64,000 nt of DNA, taken from positions 463 to 64,462 of the forward strand of contig JBAXUB010000002.1 in assembly GCA_037129895.1 (NCBI GenBank), read 5' to 3'. The DNA is from Candidatus Tayloriibacteriota bacterium (GTDB taxonomy: Bacteria > Patescibacteriota > Minisyncoccia > Phycocordibacterales > PALSA-1337). Both the position numbers and the translations under genes were made by a program. Positions 1 to 10,105 of this stretch are shown piece by piece; the first letter of the stretch is position 1; each line of letters starts with the position of its first letter. The notes under the pieces were generated by a model, which worked only from the letters and a program-made list of their open reading frames with translations, did not search any database and was not told the DNA's origin.

Positions 1-1222
1 GGACCTCATCTTTCTCTCGGGTGTATTGCTCAAACTTCTTTTGGTAAAAATCCTCAGTGATTTTGCCGTCTATTTTGTCGTCATAGATTGCCTCGAGTCG
101 TTTCTGGACTATCTGATACCTGCTATTGAGGTTACTTCTGACGCTAGTGCTGAAAGAGATCTCATCCGTGTGGCTATCACTCAATGCTTTCTTGATCCAA
201 CCGATAAGTCTCTCGTTCTTGAGGCTGATTTTCTCAAAATATGGCAGAAGCTGTTCCTCAACTTTCTCCTGACGGACAAATTTCTTCTGGGTACAGTCTC
301 GATATTTATTGCAATGCCCATACCAATGACCTTTCTGGATTTCCCATGTTACCGAGCCACCACATTCGGTACATGTGATCAGAGCCTTGAAAAGTGGTAA
401 GTGCTTGCGATAGCGTGGAATAGTATTACCCCTGAGTTTCACTTGGACCGCATTGAACAGGTCTTCAATGATGAGAGGCTCATGCGCGCCCGAGTGAATC
501 ATATTGTTATATCTAATTTTGCCAATATAAAAAGGATCGGTGAGGAGTTGTGCTACTCGAGACTTATAGACCTTGCCTCCAGTGCTACTTCGCATACCCG
601 CCTCGTGAAGTACATCTACAATAGTTTTAGTTGAATAATTACCAGTGGCATAGAGCTCAAACATCTTTCGGACCATAGGTGCTGTATTCTCATCGATGAT
701 ATGAGTCTTGCGACCTTTCTCTCCGATAGTCTTGTAGCCCACTGGTGGCTTGGTTGGTAGCCAACCTTGACGTAACTTTTCTCCCAATCCTTTTTTCACT
801 TCTTCAGAAAGGTTATCAATATAGTTTTTAGCAAATAGAATACGGATACCCCAGTTAAGTTTTTCTTGAGATTTGGAATTCTTATGGAGGATAAGAGAAT
901 CCTTAACAAGATGCACCTGCCGGTCCAGATCTTCTTCGAGCCATTCATCGATAGAGACTGCATCCTTGAAGTTTCGGGTAAGTCGGTCCACCTTTTCGCA
1001 GATAATAATCTTAATGCCTTGCTTGGTGACATACTCGATCATCTGACCGAAAACCTCACGCTGTTTCTTGCCACTAGCCGACTCGGAAATGGCAAAGACC
1101 TTACTGACCTCAAAGCCCTTCTTTCCAGTGTAATCCTTGAGGAACTTCTCTTGAGCTGGGAGTGAATATCCCGTTTCTTCTTGGTCTTTTGACGATACTC
1201 GTGCGTATATTACTGCTTTCAT
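1..1222 (-). CDS. Large serine recombinase, 3'-truncated by the window start. N-terminus MKAVIYARVSSKDQEETGYSLPAQEK is read from 1222 downward. The frame is open to position 2 and still reads ...ITEDFYQKKFEQYTREKDEV there.
   Basis: Manual minus-strand translation. The resolvase catalytic N-terminus (YARVSS) is present. The ORF track omits it because it has no stop inside the window. Overlapping track ORFs 796..1032 and 866..1165 are off-frame artefacts. Confidence 0.85.
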   Translation of the reverse strand, partial: MKAVIYARVSSKDQEETGYSLPAQEKFLKDYTGKKGFEVSKVFAISESASGKKQREVFGQMIEYVTKQGIKIIICEKVDRLTRNFKDAVSIDEWLEEDLDRQVHLVKDSLILHKNSKSQEKLNWGIRILFAKNYIDNLSEEVKKGLGEKLRQGWLPTKPPVGYKTIGEKGRKTHIIDENTAPMVRKMFELYATGNYSTKTIVDVLHEAGMRSSTGGKVYKSRVAQLLTDPFYIGKIRYNNMIHSGAHEPLIIEDLFNAVQVKLRGNTIPRYRKHLPLFKALITCTECGGSVTWEIQKGHWYGHCNKYRDCTQKKFVRQEKVEEQLLPYFEKISLKNERLIGWIKKALSDSHTDEISFSTSVRSNLNSRYQIVQKRLEAIYDDKIDGKITEDFYQKKFEQYTREKDEV

Positions 1223-1278
1223 TGATATATCCATAGTATATGGGTAAAATGCTTATTTATCTAGTAAAAATTCATTCG

Positions 1279-1490
1279 TATCTATTCGTCTCTATTTTAG
1301 AATGAGAGCTTAACAGAGCCACCCTACAGAACTAACTTTTTCAGAAAAATCATTGGTAGTTGATGGCAGTCTATTCTAGCAAAACCCTTGTGGCTCTCCA
1401 CTTTTTTGAGTGTGTATCTTTGTGTATCTATTCCTAGACGAACCATATTTCTTCTCGGGATTTTGAGTGGTCATCTATGGCCATCTATTC
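1279..1490. repeat. Iteron-like field: four same-orientation copies of (c/g/t)ATCTATTC at about 1279, 1369, 1425 and 1483. Two copies are locally doubled (TGTGTATCT x2, CATCTAT x2).
   Basis: Seen directly in sequence. Lies between the recombinase start and the next minus-strand gene, followed by a T-rich tract. Confidence 0.5.
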
Positions 1491-1603
1491 TGGCATTCCC
1501 CTTATTCCTAGGCCTTTTTCTGCATTGCCCTTTTTATATTTTTTTGCCTGCGTTTCGGTTCTCGTTTCGCTTCTTTTTTTTCTTTGAGTTTCTTTAGAGT
1601 TCT

Positions 1604-2128
1604 TTAGCCTACTAGATGTTCTGCGGGCGGAACAGGAGTTGAAGAAATACTGAACTTTTGAGCCAATTCCTGACACATCTGACGCACTTCCTTGATAGGT
1701 AATCCTTCTGCCCGTCGAATATACTCTTCTGTGGGCTGAACACCCTTTTCTATCAGCCGAAACATCTGTTCTGCCACTGGAACACGAAGTTGGAATATCC
1801 TCATGTTATCCACATGGGTGAAATCATTCTCATCTGCCCTCAAAAACTTCTTTTCGATTAGTCCTATACGAGCCTCTTGTAACATGGTTATCGAACAGCC
1901 GGGAATATCGCTAAAATATCCGAGTCGTATAGCGCTAAGAGAAATTGAAGTACTACCGAAGTGCTTATTCTTCAGATCCCATGGAACTATCTGTCGGTAG
2001 AACATGTAGAGGCGATATTCGAGGTTTGATAATTTCATCAGTCGGTTATACTCCCAACGATAGAATTTTATGCACCCCTTCCTAGCCATTTCTGGTATCT
2101 GTCTTTTCATTGTTATTTTTATCTTCAA
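1604..2128 (-). CDS. Hypothetical protein (174 aa) of the mobile element.
   Basis: ORF track. Same strand as the island genes. No motif recognised. Confidence 0.4.
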   Translation of the reverse strand: MKIKITMKRQIPEMARKGCIKFYRWEYNRLMKLSNLEYRLYMFYRQIVPWDLKNKHFGSTSISLSAIRLGYFSDIPGCSITMLQEARIGLIEKKFLRADENDFTHVDNMRIFQLRVPVAEQMFRLIEKGVQPTEEYIRRAEGLPIKEVRQMCQELAQKFSISSTPVPPAEHLVG

Positions 2129-2264
2129 AGTCGAGCTTCATCAGGTGATCGAACATACCGACAAGTCTCTGACCAACGGCGAAAACCTCCTCCGGTGTCA
2201 AATTCTGGTCGAATTCGGTGTGAAGGATGTCAGAGAGGTCATTTAGGCTTTCTGTGGTCAACAT
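2082..2264 (-). CDS. Small acidic hypothetical protein (60 aa).
   Basis: ORF track. Overlaps the downstream gene start by 47 nt. Confidence 0.25.
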   Translation of the reverse strand: MLTTESLNDLSDILHTEFDQNLTPEEVFAVGQRLVGMFDHLMKLDFEDKNNNEKTDTRNG

Positions 2265-2277
2265 AGCTCAACGTCGC

Positions 2278-2541
2278 TTAAACTGGCTCGTACAGGCGCG
2301 TCTTTAGTGCCTTGATCTGGTCAAAGTAGGCTCTCGGTTCGACTTTGAGTTCCTGTTTCTGGTATTTCCCGAGAACAGTGTCGAGTTTGGTCGTACGTTC
2401 GAAAAGAAAGTATGCACGGCGTGGATCAGCCTTATCGACACTTTCTATCGGGAAGAACAATGAAAGAACCGCCGCACATGCAAGGTCGGAAGTCTGGTAG
2501 GTCGTATTATTATCAATTCTCATATTCATTGTTATTGCCAA
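2278..2541 (-). CDS. Small hypothetical protein (87 aa). Resembles the short proteins that commonly accompany recombinases in mobile elements.
   Basis: ORF track. Recollection of family resemblance only. Confidence 0.35.
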   Translation of the reverse strand: MAITMNMRIDNNTTYQTSDLACAAVLSLFFPIESVDKADPRRAYFLFERTTKLDTVLGKYQKQELKVEPRAYFDQIKALKTRLYEPV

Positions 2542-2620
2542 TAAAAATAGGCTTGTGAGATAAGCCTATCGAAGTGGGGTTGAGTGATATTTAAATCTTG
2601 CGAGTTGTGCGAGTCATATT

Positions 2621-3373
2621 TTATTCCTCTCGCCAGACACGATTCGTTTTATATCTGAAGGGACCGGCAACACCGAAAGCATTTTTTATCTTTTGATTGA
2701 CGAGACGTGTAGCATCATAGACACTTCTTTTTGAATCCTTCGCCCAGTCAGCCATGTCTATAATTTCCTGTTCTTGTATCTGCACTCCCGTTTTTACTGA
2801 AAATAGTTTTTTACAAAGAAAATATTGATTAGTGTTTCTAGGAATTTCCAACTCCTTACCTTGGCTATAGACAACTCCCTTCTCATCGCTGAACGTGAGC
2901 TTACTATTCACTCGCATCTCTTTTGTAACTTCGAGTTGAAGTATCTCGTAAACCTTATTGCGTACACCGATGAACCCTTCCCAATCAATCATTGTAAATC
3001 CAACAAATTGTTTCTTTAGTTTTCCTGGGTCACGAAGAGCGACTTCTGCCAAAATTGGTAGTGAAGAATAGTGAGGACCATAAGTATAATTAATCCACTT
3101 GCCAGGTCCACGAGTAATCTTTAAAGGAATATATAAATCTTCAATGATACTGCGACGAAGGAGTGATGTTAAAAATCGGAGTACCTCCTCATCCGAGACG
3201 ATGAGAGCCATATCATCTTGAGTAAGCCAAACTCGATCAGTTTCAAGAGCCAGCGATTCGTACGCTGAAAAAATATAGTCCGCAACCTTTTTAACTTTTT
3301 CATTCGGATTGAAGCCTTCCTTGGGAAATATCTCTAGGAGAGCTTTCCAATCCTTCTCATTATTCATATTCAT
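2621..3373 (-). CDS. Hypothetical protein (250 aa).
   Basis: Long ORF co-oriented with the island genes. No motif recognised. Confidence 0.5.
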   Translation of the reverse strand: MNMNNEKDWKALLEIFPKEGFNPNEKVKKVADYIFSAYESLALETDRVWLTQDDMALIVSDEEVLRFLTSLLRRSIIEDLYIPLKITRGPGKWINYTYGPHYSSLPILAEVALRDPGKLKKQFVGFTMIDWEGFIGVRNKVYEILQLEVTKEMRVNSKLTFSDEKGVVYSQGKELEIPRNTNQYFLCKKLFSVKTGVQIQEQEIIDMADWAKDSKRSVYDATRLVNQKIKNAFGVAGPFRYKTNRVWREE

Positions 3374-3526
3374 TGTAATTATGGTCTTATCCTATTCCAG
3401 CTAGGCGATATAGGCAAGGTTGTTCGTCTTTAATGCGCGTAGCCGTAAGAAGTCCCGAGTATGTAGGAAAAAGCGTACACAGGACTGTCTAGGTGTGAAT
3501 TATAGCTTTCACTAGATAGCTCCAGG

Positions 3527-5224
3527 CTATAATTTTTTTGGTTCTATTTTTTGATTGCTCTTAACATCATTCAAAAATATCTTTGAGCTGTGGACATTTC
3601 CACTGTAATAATACGACAATGAATTTTCCTCGAAATTATAGACCATGTTCTTTTTCAAAAATTGATCCAAAATCTCTCGTCCTTGTTTCTCGAGTAAATC
3701 TTTTTTTCCTTCTGGTAATGACTCTGCATCATAAAATTCCTGTTTAAAACCTTGATACAATTTTGGAAATGCTTCGGCTAATTTTGAAAAAACAGGAATA
3801 TGCAAATCCTCTGCTTGTGCTTCATTCTGTTTTTCAGAAAACGCATAGAAACCAAACATATAAAAATAGACTAAAATCATTGCTGGAAAATAGCCTTTGT
3901 AATTTGGCATATGTCCATTTTTTCCATCACCAAGAATTTTTTCTTTTAGCTTTTCTACAAAAGCATTATAAGCAACATTATTCTCAACTGGGTTTTCCTG
4001 CATCTCGAGAAAGTGATCATACAGCTGATGTACTTTCAACCTAAATATCTCCTCATTCTCAATCTTGTATTTACTGATAGAATTATGAAAAAGATTATAC
4101 AAAAACTTACCTGTATTTTTTCTCACATGTTCGCTTTTATCTCTAGTTTTTACACCCCAAGTGTAATACCACGAAAAGCTCTCTACCTTATCTATAATCG
4201 CTTCAAGTTGCTTTTGTTCGTAGCATGATTCTATAAAATCACCGATTTCTTTAAAGAAGATTTCAATCAGCTTATCGTTGAGTTCGTAGTTTTTTTGGTA
4301 GTGATCTTTCAAGCTCACATGATTATTCTTTTCGTATACCAACTTAAAGTATCTGGTAACAAGAGCGATGTAATTCAACTGACCTACACTGTCTAGTCGA
4401 CTAAATCTATATTCTCCAAACATAACTCGCAATAATGAACCATCTTTTTCTTTTATCATTACGTCATCAAGGCAAAAAAGGGCATTCGGATAGATTTTTT
4501 GTCCGATAAACATATTCAAAAATGACTCGCTATTCTCTAGTGATTTCGTTATGAGTCGCTTTAGAAAAAACTCTATGTGATCTAAGACATGTTTGCCCTC
4601 TTTTCTTTTTTCTACATAAAAATCTACCGTGCGACCAAAAACAAAATAGGATTCTGAGAAATGCTTTAAGAGAATGTCACTTGCAAAATCGTTCCGAAAA
4701 ATATTTTGTACATCTTTATTTTCCAAAGATAGACTAAGTAGGTTGTCGAATAAATCTATACAACCCCGAATTGTTTGAGGGTTATCCAAATGTGAATTAG
4801 ACAATGTCCCAGCTAGAATGTTTTGTAGAATAGGAATCTGTTTTTTATTAAGTCGCTTCAGTGGAATAAAGATTAAATACAAATACATCAATACTGAGAT
4901 AAACATTAAAACAGCACCGGTAAATTCAAAAATAAATGGGCATCCAAGAAAAAGACCGTCGAGTTCGCCGAAAAACGCCAAAATAATACTAGTGATAGCA
5001 ATCCACAAAGCAACCCTTCTCATTCTGTAATTTAAACGAAATCTTAACTCGCTTTTGTTTGATATAAACTCAATAAAAGCCACCACAATTGACATTGCGG
5101 TGATTGCTACACCTAAATTGTATGAGGAATGGGTTTTCCAAATTGGACTGCCTAAAATAACATTGATTGTAGTATCAAACCAACTCACTAGTCCTCCCAA
5201 AAATTGATAAAAGATTTCATGCAT
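3527..5224 (-). CDS. Membrane protein (565 aa): four N-terminal TM helices plus a roughly 440-aa cytoplasmic domain of unknown function. Last gene of the defence operon.
   Basis: Hydrophobic N-terminus in the translation. Start lies 3 nt after the stop of the DUF262/HNH gene. Confidence 0.6.
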   Translation of the reverse strand: MHEIFYQFLGGLVSWFDTTINVILGSPIWKTHSSYNLGVAITAMSIVVAFIEFISNKSELRFRLNYRMRRVALWIAITSIILAFFGELDGLFLGCPFIFEFTGAVLMFISVLMYLYLIFIPLKRLNKKQIPILQNILAGTLSNSHLDNPQTIRGCIDLFDNLLSLSLENKDVQNIFRNDFASDILLKHFSESYFVFGRTVDFYVEKRKEGKHVLDHIEFFLKRLITKSLENSESFLNMFIGQKIYPNALFCLDDVMIKEKDGSLLRVMFGEYRFSRLDSVGQLNYIALVTRYFKLVYEKNNHVSLKDHYQKNYELNDKLIEIFFKEIGDFIESCYEQKQLEAIIDKVESFSWYYTWGVKTRDKSEHVRKNTGKFLYNLFHNSISKYKIENEEIFRLKVHQLYDHFLEMQENPVENNVAYNAFVEKLKEKILGDGKNGHMPNYKGYFPAMILVYFYMFGFYAFSEKQNEAQAEDLHIPVFSKLAEAFPKLYQGFKQEFYDAESLPEGKKDLLEKQGREILDQFLKKNMVYNFEENSLSYYYSGNVHSSKIFLNDVKSNQKIEPKKL

Positions 5225-5227
5225 AAT

Positions 5228-6391
5228 TTATCGATTTCCTTTTGCTCGATTGTGTGTTTTACATAACATCTCACAATTTTTTACATCAGTAGCACCACCC
5301 TTACTCCATGCGGCAACATGGTCGGCATCCATATCTGTAAGATTCCAAATCTTATCTTTATTCGCGTCGTGACCAATCGCGCAATGCGAACAATTTGAGA
5401 CGCCTTTCTTTTTTGCTGTAGCAGTTTGAGCTTCATAAACTGAACGCTTTGTTGAGTCCTCAAATACTCGAACTTCGAGTAGTCTTGTTTCAACTTCTCC
5501 TCCTAAAACATACTCGAAAATACCCTTGCGACTTTTTACAAAGCCATCGGCGTAAAGTTTCTGGACCGTAGCGGACACTTTAGTGGGGTTATAGTTTTTC
5601 TTATGATAGGTTTGATAGAGTCTATTCCACTCAAGACCTCTCATTTCACTCTCAACATCAATGAAGACGGTTGAGGCCCAGTCAATAACAGTATTGAAAT
5701 GTTTTTTTAGTTCGTTAATATTTTTATCATTACGGTGTTTACTCATATAGCTATCAATTGATCCTTCAGAAACCCAATCAAGTGCCCGTTCAAGATATGC
5801 CTGTCGATTAAGTTCACCATCAATATACGTACTCCATTTTTGGACATTTGCATTCTGACTATTACTAAATTCTTCACGTGCGAGCGTGACAAATGGTCCA
5901 GAATAGACGGCGTTAAGAATTTCTTGTGGTTTTAATGGCACTCCAGCAATGTTGATTGTTTTAAACCAATCCTTGATCTCAGGTTCATCGCCTTCACATA
6001 GATAAACTAGCAGCTTTGTGTTCATTATCTGTTCACGTTGGCTCTCAGCCATACCACTATAGTATTGCTCATGTCCATTTTTATCTTTAACGGCAAATTT
6101 ACCAGTTACAAAACGACCAATACTCGTGATACGTTGCTGACCGTCCAGTACTTCAAACTTTTCCTTGCCGACTTGGTTGAAATAAATTAAACCGATAGGA
6201 TAACCTTTCGAAATTGATTCAATCACAGCAACGTCACGCTTGCCATCAGCATAAATATAATTACGCTGATACTCTGGCTGAATAGTTAATTTACCAGATA
6301 GACCAAACAACCCTTTTCCTTCAAGTTCATTATAGACGAAACCGTCGCAAACTTCTTTGATAGTAATATTATTTTTTAAAGTTGTTTTCAT
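5228..6391 (-). CDS. DUF262 (ParB-like, GmrS-type) N-domain fused to a C-terminal HNH endonuclease. Putative GmrSD/SspE-like defence nuclease.
   Basis: DUF262 motifs [10 protein letters not shown] and [11 protein letters not shown]-terminal HNH: [14 protein letters not shown]...[12 protein letters not shown]...[15 protein letters not shown]. Confidence 0.8.
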   Translation of the reverse strand: MKTTLKNNITIKEVCDGFVYNELEGKGLFGLSGKLTIQPEYQRNYIYADGKRDVAVIESISKGYPIGLIYFNQVGKEKFEVLDGQQRITSIGRFVTGKFAVKDKNGHEQYYSGMAESQREQIMNTKLLVYLCEGDEPEIKDWFKTINIAGVPLKPQEILNAVYSGPFVTLAREEFSNSQNANVQKWSTYIDGELNRQAYLERALDWVSEGSIDSYMSKHRNDKNINELKKHFNTVIDWASTVFIDVESEMRGLEWNRLYQTYHKKNYNPTKVSATVQKLYADGFVKSRKGIFEYVLGGEVETRLLEVRVFEDSTKRSVYEAQTATAKKKGVSNCSHCAIGHDANKDKIWNLTDMDADHVAAWSKGGATDVKNCEMLCKTHNRAKGNR

Positions 6392-6393
6392 AA

Positions 6394-7542
6394 CTATTTT
6401 TTCTTATGTCTAATAATAATTCTCTTATAAATCGGACTTTTATTTACTGCCGGCCCGTTCCACATCATCTTCTTTCCTTCTGTAAGTATTTCAATTTTTT
6501 TAGCTCCCAGTTCCGCACCATGCTCACCATTATTAAAGCTTCCAATAATCTCAAATTGCCCAGGTGAATATTTATCAAGAAAACTAATGGGAACACCCAT
6601 AAGACCTTTATAATCACTTGGGATATTTTTAACTAAGGATACTTCTATAGCATCGTAATTATCATATTTATCAAATGGTTTCTTTGTTACAAATTTTATG
6701 ACATCCGATTCAGGCATAAGTGGGAACGGCTGATGAAGTCGCCCATGGTCAAGATTTGTAAACCAACGCACACCCTGGACTCGTGTTATATATACTTTTT
6801 TACCCTTTTCATCAGTTTTTATTTCACGTACCTGATCCAAATTCGCCACAGCTTCTGGAATCTCATAAAACATTGCACCGCCATTAACCCTTGCGTTATT
6901 TCCCAACCAGACCTTATTCTTTTTGATCATTGAAAAAACTTCTCTGTAAGTTATTGCATTAAGATTGCCTATAATTAAAAATTGCTTTTTATTTTCAAAA
7001 ATTTGTGTTACATATTCACGAAATAAGCTAAATGGAGGATTAGTAACTACAATGTCAGATTGCTTGAGTAGTTCGACACATTCATCACTTCTAAAATCAC
7101 CGTCACCTTCAAGTGGAGTCCATTCGTTATTTTTATTTGATCTAAGCTGCTTTGCAATATCTTCTAGCGTAAAAGAACCGTCACCATCCACATCACCAAC
7201 ATCATTGATAATTAATTTATTAGCGACAATTTTTGGTCGCCCCTTGACTGGTTTAAGGGTAACATCATCACCGAATAGTGTTATTTGGGTGTTTGCGACT
7301 GGGGAAGGCTTGTAACTAGTTGAGATAAGTCTTTTTAGTCCTAAACGATTAAAATTTAAGACAAAATAGCGAAAGAAATTACTTTCGAATGGGTCATCAC
7401 AATTACTATAAACAACCTTACCTTTGAAAGTGTTTGGATTATATTCGAGATAAGACTCGACTTCTTTTTGAATATCAGAAAATTGAGTGTAAAACTCATC
7501 ATTTTTTGCATTCCTTGCCTTTGTAAGATTTTTATTTGCCAT
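6394..7542 (-). CDS. N6-adenine DNA methyltransferase of the M.EcoRI family, carrying an inserted EF-hand-like loop.
   Basis: KNDEFYTQF near the N-terminus. [13 protein letters not shown]...[40 protein letters not shown] aligns closely, from memory, with M.Eco[35 protein letters not shown]. The insertion [16 protein letters not shown] matches the canonical DxDxDG EF-hand loop. Confidence 0.8.
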   Translation of the reverse strand: MANKNLTKARNAKNDEFYTQFSDIQKEVESYLEYNPNTFKGKVVYSNCDDPFESNFFRYFVLNFNRLGLKRLISTSYKPSPVANTQITLFGDDVTLKPVKGRPKIVANKLIINDVGDVDGDGSFTLEDIAKQLRSNKNNEWTPLEGDGDFRSDECVELLKQSDIVVTNPPFSLFREYVTQIFENKKQFLIIGNLNAITYREVFSMIKKNKVWLGNNARVNGGAMFYEIPEAVANLDQVREIKTDEKGKKVYITRVQGVRWFTNLDHGRLHQPFPLMPESDVIKFVTKKPFDKYDNYDAIEVSLVKNIPSDYKGLMGVPISFLDKYSPGQFEIIGSFNNGEHGAELGAKKIEILTEGKKMMWNGPAVNKSPIYKRIIIRHKKK

Positions 7543-7545
7543 ATA

Positions 7546-8322
7546 TTAAAATTCAATCGAAGTTATGTACTCCCTGAACATCTTCACCTTCTTGCTATCC
7601 TCACCGTTTATAAGGAAAGGTTCAATATCCTTCGCAAGTTCGTCAAAATCAAAGTCAACTATCTTTTCGAGTAACACCTTCTTTAATTCAACTCCATTCT
7701 TGATACCAAGCTTCATCTCGAGATATTCATAGTTCGGCTTTGTCTGGGGGATAAGAAATACGATATCAAAGAAGTCTCGACCCTTTGCTCGAGAACGATT
7801 GACGGCAGCATAAAACTTTTGCGAGAGCAGTATGTCGATAGGTGTAGTAAATATCTGCGTGAAGACATCAAACTTGTTGAGTATCTTGGTATCCTTCTTG
7901 TAGTCAAAAGCATGAGGAACTGTGTCGATCTGAATCATTATCTTTTCCTCTTGGAGATCAGACATATCATTATCAAACAACACCTTCGGCATTCTGATGT
8001 ATGAACGATATGCCCCCTTGAATACATTCTTTATCTCGACCTCGTAGCCTTGGAGTTCAAGACCCTTCTTTACTTCGTTAGCGAGATCAGCAAACTGTTC
8101 TTCCGTAAGCTTGAAATTATCAAAATCAAGATCCTCGGAGAATCTACTGTTGTTGTAAACAATTCGCAGTGTAGTGCCACCAAGGAATATGAGGTCCTGT
8201 GCATACTTTGAATTAAAGATGATTTCAAGAATCTTATACTGTAAATACTCTCTCAAGATATTCCGCTTGAAAGGCTTCTGATTATCCGGATAGTATTGTT
8301 CTATATTCTTGAGGCTAAGCAT
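7546..8322 (-). CDS. AbiEii/AbiGii-family nucleotidyltransferase toxin (type IV TA, abortive infection).
   Basis: FLGGTTLRIVYNNSRFSEDLDFD motif. Positioned downstream of the AbiEi gene. Confidence 0.75.
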   Translation of the reverse strand: MLSLKNIEQYYPDNQKPFKRNILREYLQYKILEIIFNSKYAQDLIFLGGTTLRIVYNNSRFSEDLDFDNFKLTEEQFADLANEVKKGLELQGYEVEIKNVFKGAYRSYIRMPKVLFDNDMSDLQEEKIMIQIDTVPHAFDYKKDTKILNKFDVFTQIFTTPIDILLSQKFYAAVNRSRAKGRDFFDIVFLIPQTKPNYEYLEMKLGIKNGVELKKVLLEKIVDFDFDELAKDIEPFLINGEDSKKVKMFREYITSIEF

Positions 8323-8965
8323 GGTTTATGTATGTTAAAAACTTCTTGGCTCGCTTTTCGAGAGCCTTGCTGTTAAATGCCAAAAGATACTTATTAAACT
8401 TTTCCATATTTATCTTTTCCTTAGCTTCAGGAATATTGAATCGTACTCCCTCAAATGATTCGCTATCGTTGATCTTTGAATTAAAGTGTAAGTAGTCAAG
8501 GATAGCCTTTTCTATTTCAGCCACTTGATAGTGATGACCATCATGTTCTCGGAGTTCATATCCGAACATAAGTTCAGGCTGTACATGTCTGTAGATAAAA
8601 TCGCCAACAGGGGTCTTCATGTTCTTGGTACGTTGAGAAGTGACTGACGTTACTCCGTAGACTGCTTCAGGAATTAATCCGTAAATAGATAGCGCCATTT
8701 CAAGTGAGATGTATGATGGTTCGTATACTCTATTTGCGATAGTGAATAGCGTAGGTTCATTGATCTGTAAATCAGAAAAGATGTAAAAACCCTTGCAGAT
8801 CTTCTTTACATAATCCTTCTTTTGCCACTCGCTCAATCTTTGCTTATGGAACGACAAATCCACCTTCTCGATATCCTTTATTGAGAAGATTGGGTAGTTC
8901 TTTAGTTGTGTCTTTAAGTCTAAATACTGCATTTTAATCAATATTATTCCGCTTTTTAGGAACAA
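8315..8965 (-). CDS. AbiEi-family antitoxin / transcriptional regulator.
   Basis: PSYISLEMALSIYGLIPEAVYGVTSVTS...AILDYLHF pattern. Overlaps the AbiEii gene by 8 nt. Confidence 0.7.
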   Translation of the reverse strand: MFLKSGIILIKMQYLDLKTQLKNYPIFSIKDIEKVDLSFHKQRLSEWQKKDYVKKICKGFYIFSDLQINEPTLFTIANRVYEPSYISLEMALSIYGLIPEAVYGVTSVTSQRTKNMKTPVGDFIYRHVQPELMFGYELREHDGHHYQVAEIEKAILDYLHFNSKINDSESFEGVRFNIPEAKEKINMEKFNKYLLAFNSKALEKRAKKFLTYINHA

Positions 8966-9040
8966 TAATTCATATTATAGCATAAGTCCATTTAGACAAC
9001 AACTAGCATAAACCTGCAAATATAGGGTAATATTCAATGT

Positions 9041-9637
9041 ATGAGTAATACTGGCACATTCAAAGCTTTAGGAGATTTACCTGAAGATATTGTCGAAAAT
9101 TTCAAAAACAAAGAATACGATATCTGCAAAGAAAAGTGTACTGATTTTTTAGTCTCCAATCCTAGCAACGGCATCGCCTTTATTTATCTGGGGAAAATAG
9201 CTGAATCGGAAAAAGATTATGAGACTGCAATTCAGCACTATAAAAAAGTTATAGAAATTGAACCTCGCTTCCCATTTATTTGGGGTTATATTGGTGAAAA
9301 CTATACTGAACTAGAAAAATACAAAGAGGCCTACGAAGCTTTCACTGAAGAAATTGCTCATATGCCCTGCAAAGCTGCACCTTGGTGTATGGCATCACTC
9401 AGCGCTCAGAAAATGGGAGATCACGAACTAGCTGTGGGAATATTAAAGATGGCACAAGGAAAAGTTGAAAAAGAGGGACAAAGCATAGTTGCTTTTGCAC
9501 TTGGAACATTACAGGAAGTAGTTGGCAATAACGACGAAGCTTTAGTGAATTATGTACAAGGTCAAATGAGTGCTTTGGATGAAGAAAATAAACTTATATC
9601 TGCAAAACGTATTTATAAGATGCTAAAGAAGGAGTAA
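9041..9637 (+). CDS. TPR repeat protein.
   Basis: Repeated AxxYxxA/G...P 34-residue pattern in the translation. Confidence 0.6.
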   Translation: MSNTGTFKALGDLPEDIVENFKNKEYDICKEKCTDFLVSNPSNGIAFIYLGKIAESEKDYETAIQHYKKVIEIEPRFPFIWGYIGENYTELEKYKEAYEAFTEEIAHMPCKAAPWCMASLSAQKMGDHELAVGILKMAQGKVEKEGQSIVAFALGTLQEVVGNNDEALVNYVQGQMSALDEENKLISAKRIYKMLKKE

Positions 9638-9648
9638 GATATGATTAT

Positions 9649-9939
9649 ATGAGTCTAAGTACTACAAAAATTGATCCAATAAACATGACATTGATAGTAG
9701 ACCCAACTCATTCATCTGGTTGGAAAACTATCTTATTCAATTGTAATTGCCACACTTTCGAAGCAGTTACTCAACAAATAATACTAGCTATTCAATGCAC
9801 TAAAGAGAGGGCTGACAATTTAGCATTTTTTGCTGACCGTACTGGAAGTGTAATAGTATGCGAAGGTTCAAATGAAAAATGTGAAAAAGTAGCTAAGGTG
9901 TTGGGAAGTATTGGGTTGGTTGTTACGGTAACTCAATAA
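9649..9939 (+). CDS. clpS: ClpS-like Clp protease adaptor.
   Basis: Compare TILFNCNCHTFEAVTQQIILAIQCTKERADNLAFFADRTGSVIVCEGSNEKCEKVAKVL with the ClpS core VILLNDDYTPMEFV...G.AV.G....E.AE.K. Confidence 0.5.
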   Translation: MSLSTTKIDPINMTLIVDPTHSSGWKTILFNCNCHTFEAVTQQIILAIQCTKERADNLAFFADRTGSVIVCEGSNEKCEKVAKVLGSIGLVVTVTQ

Positions 9940-10105
9940 AATAGGAATTGGGTAAGATTGGGTACAATTGAGTATAGTTAGCTTTATCCAATTAAACCAC
10001 CCATTCCGGCTGATCCAGCAACTGCCTCATCTGATTGAGCGAAGTCTCAGGAAAATCAAACAAATCCTGCCATTTTACGGTTCGGAACTCGTTGAGATTC
10101 GGGAG

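Noticed and set aside
796-1165. Track ORFs 796..1032(-) and 866..1165(+).
   Set aside because: Both are out of frame with or antisense to the continuous serine recombinase reading frame, which I verified codon by codon from 1222 down to position 2.
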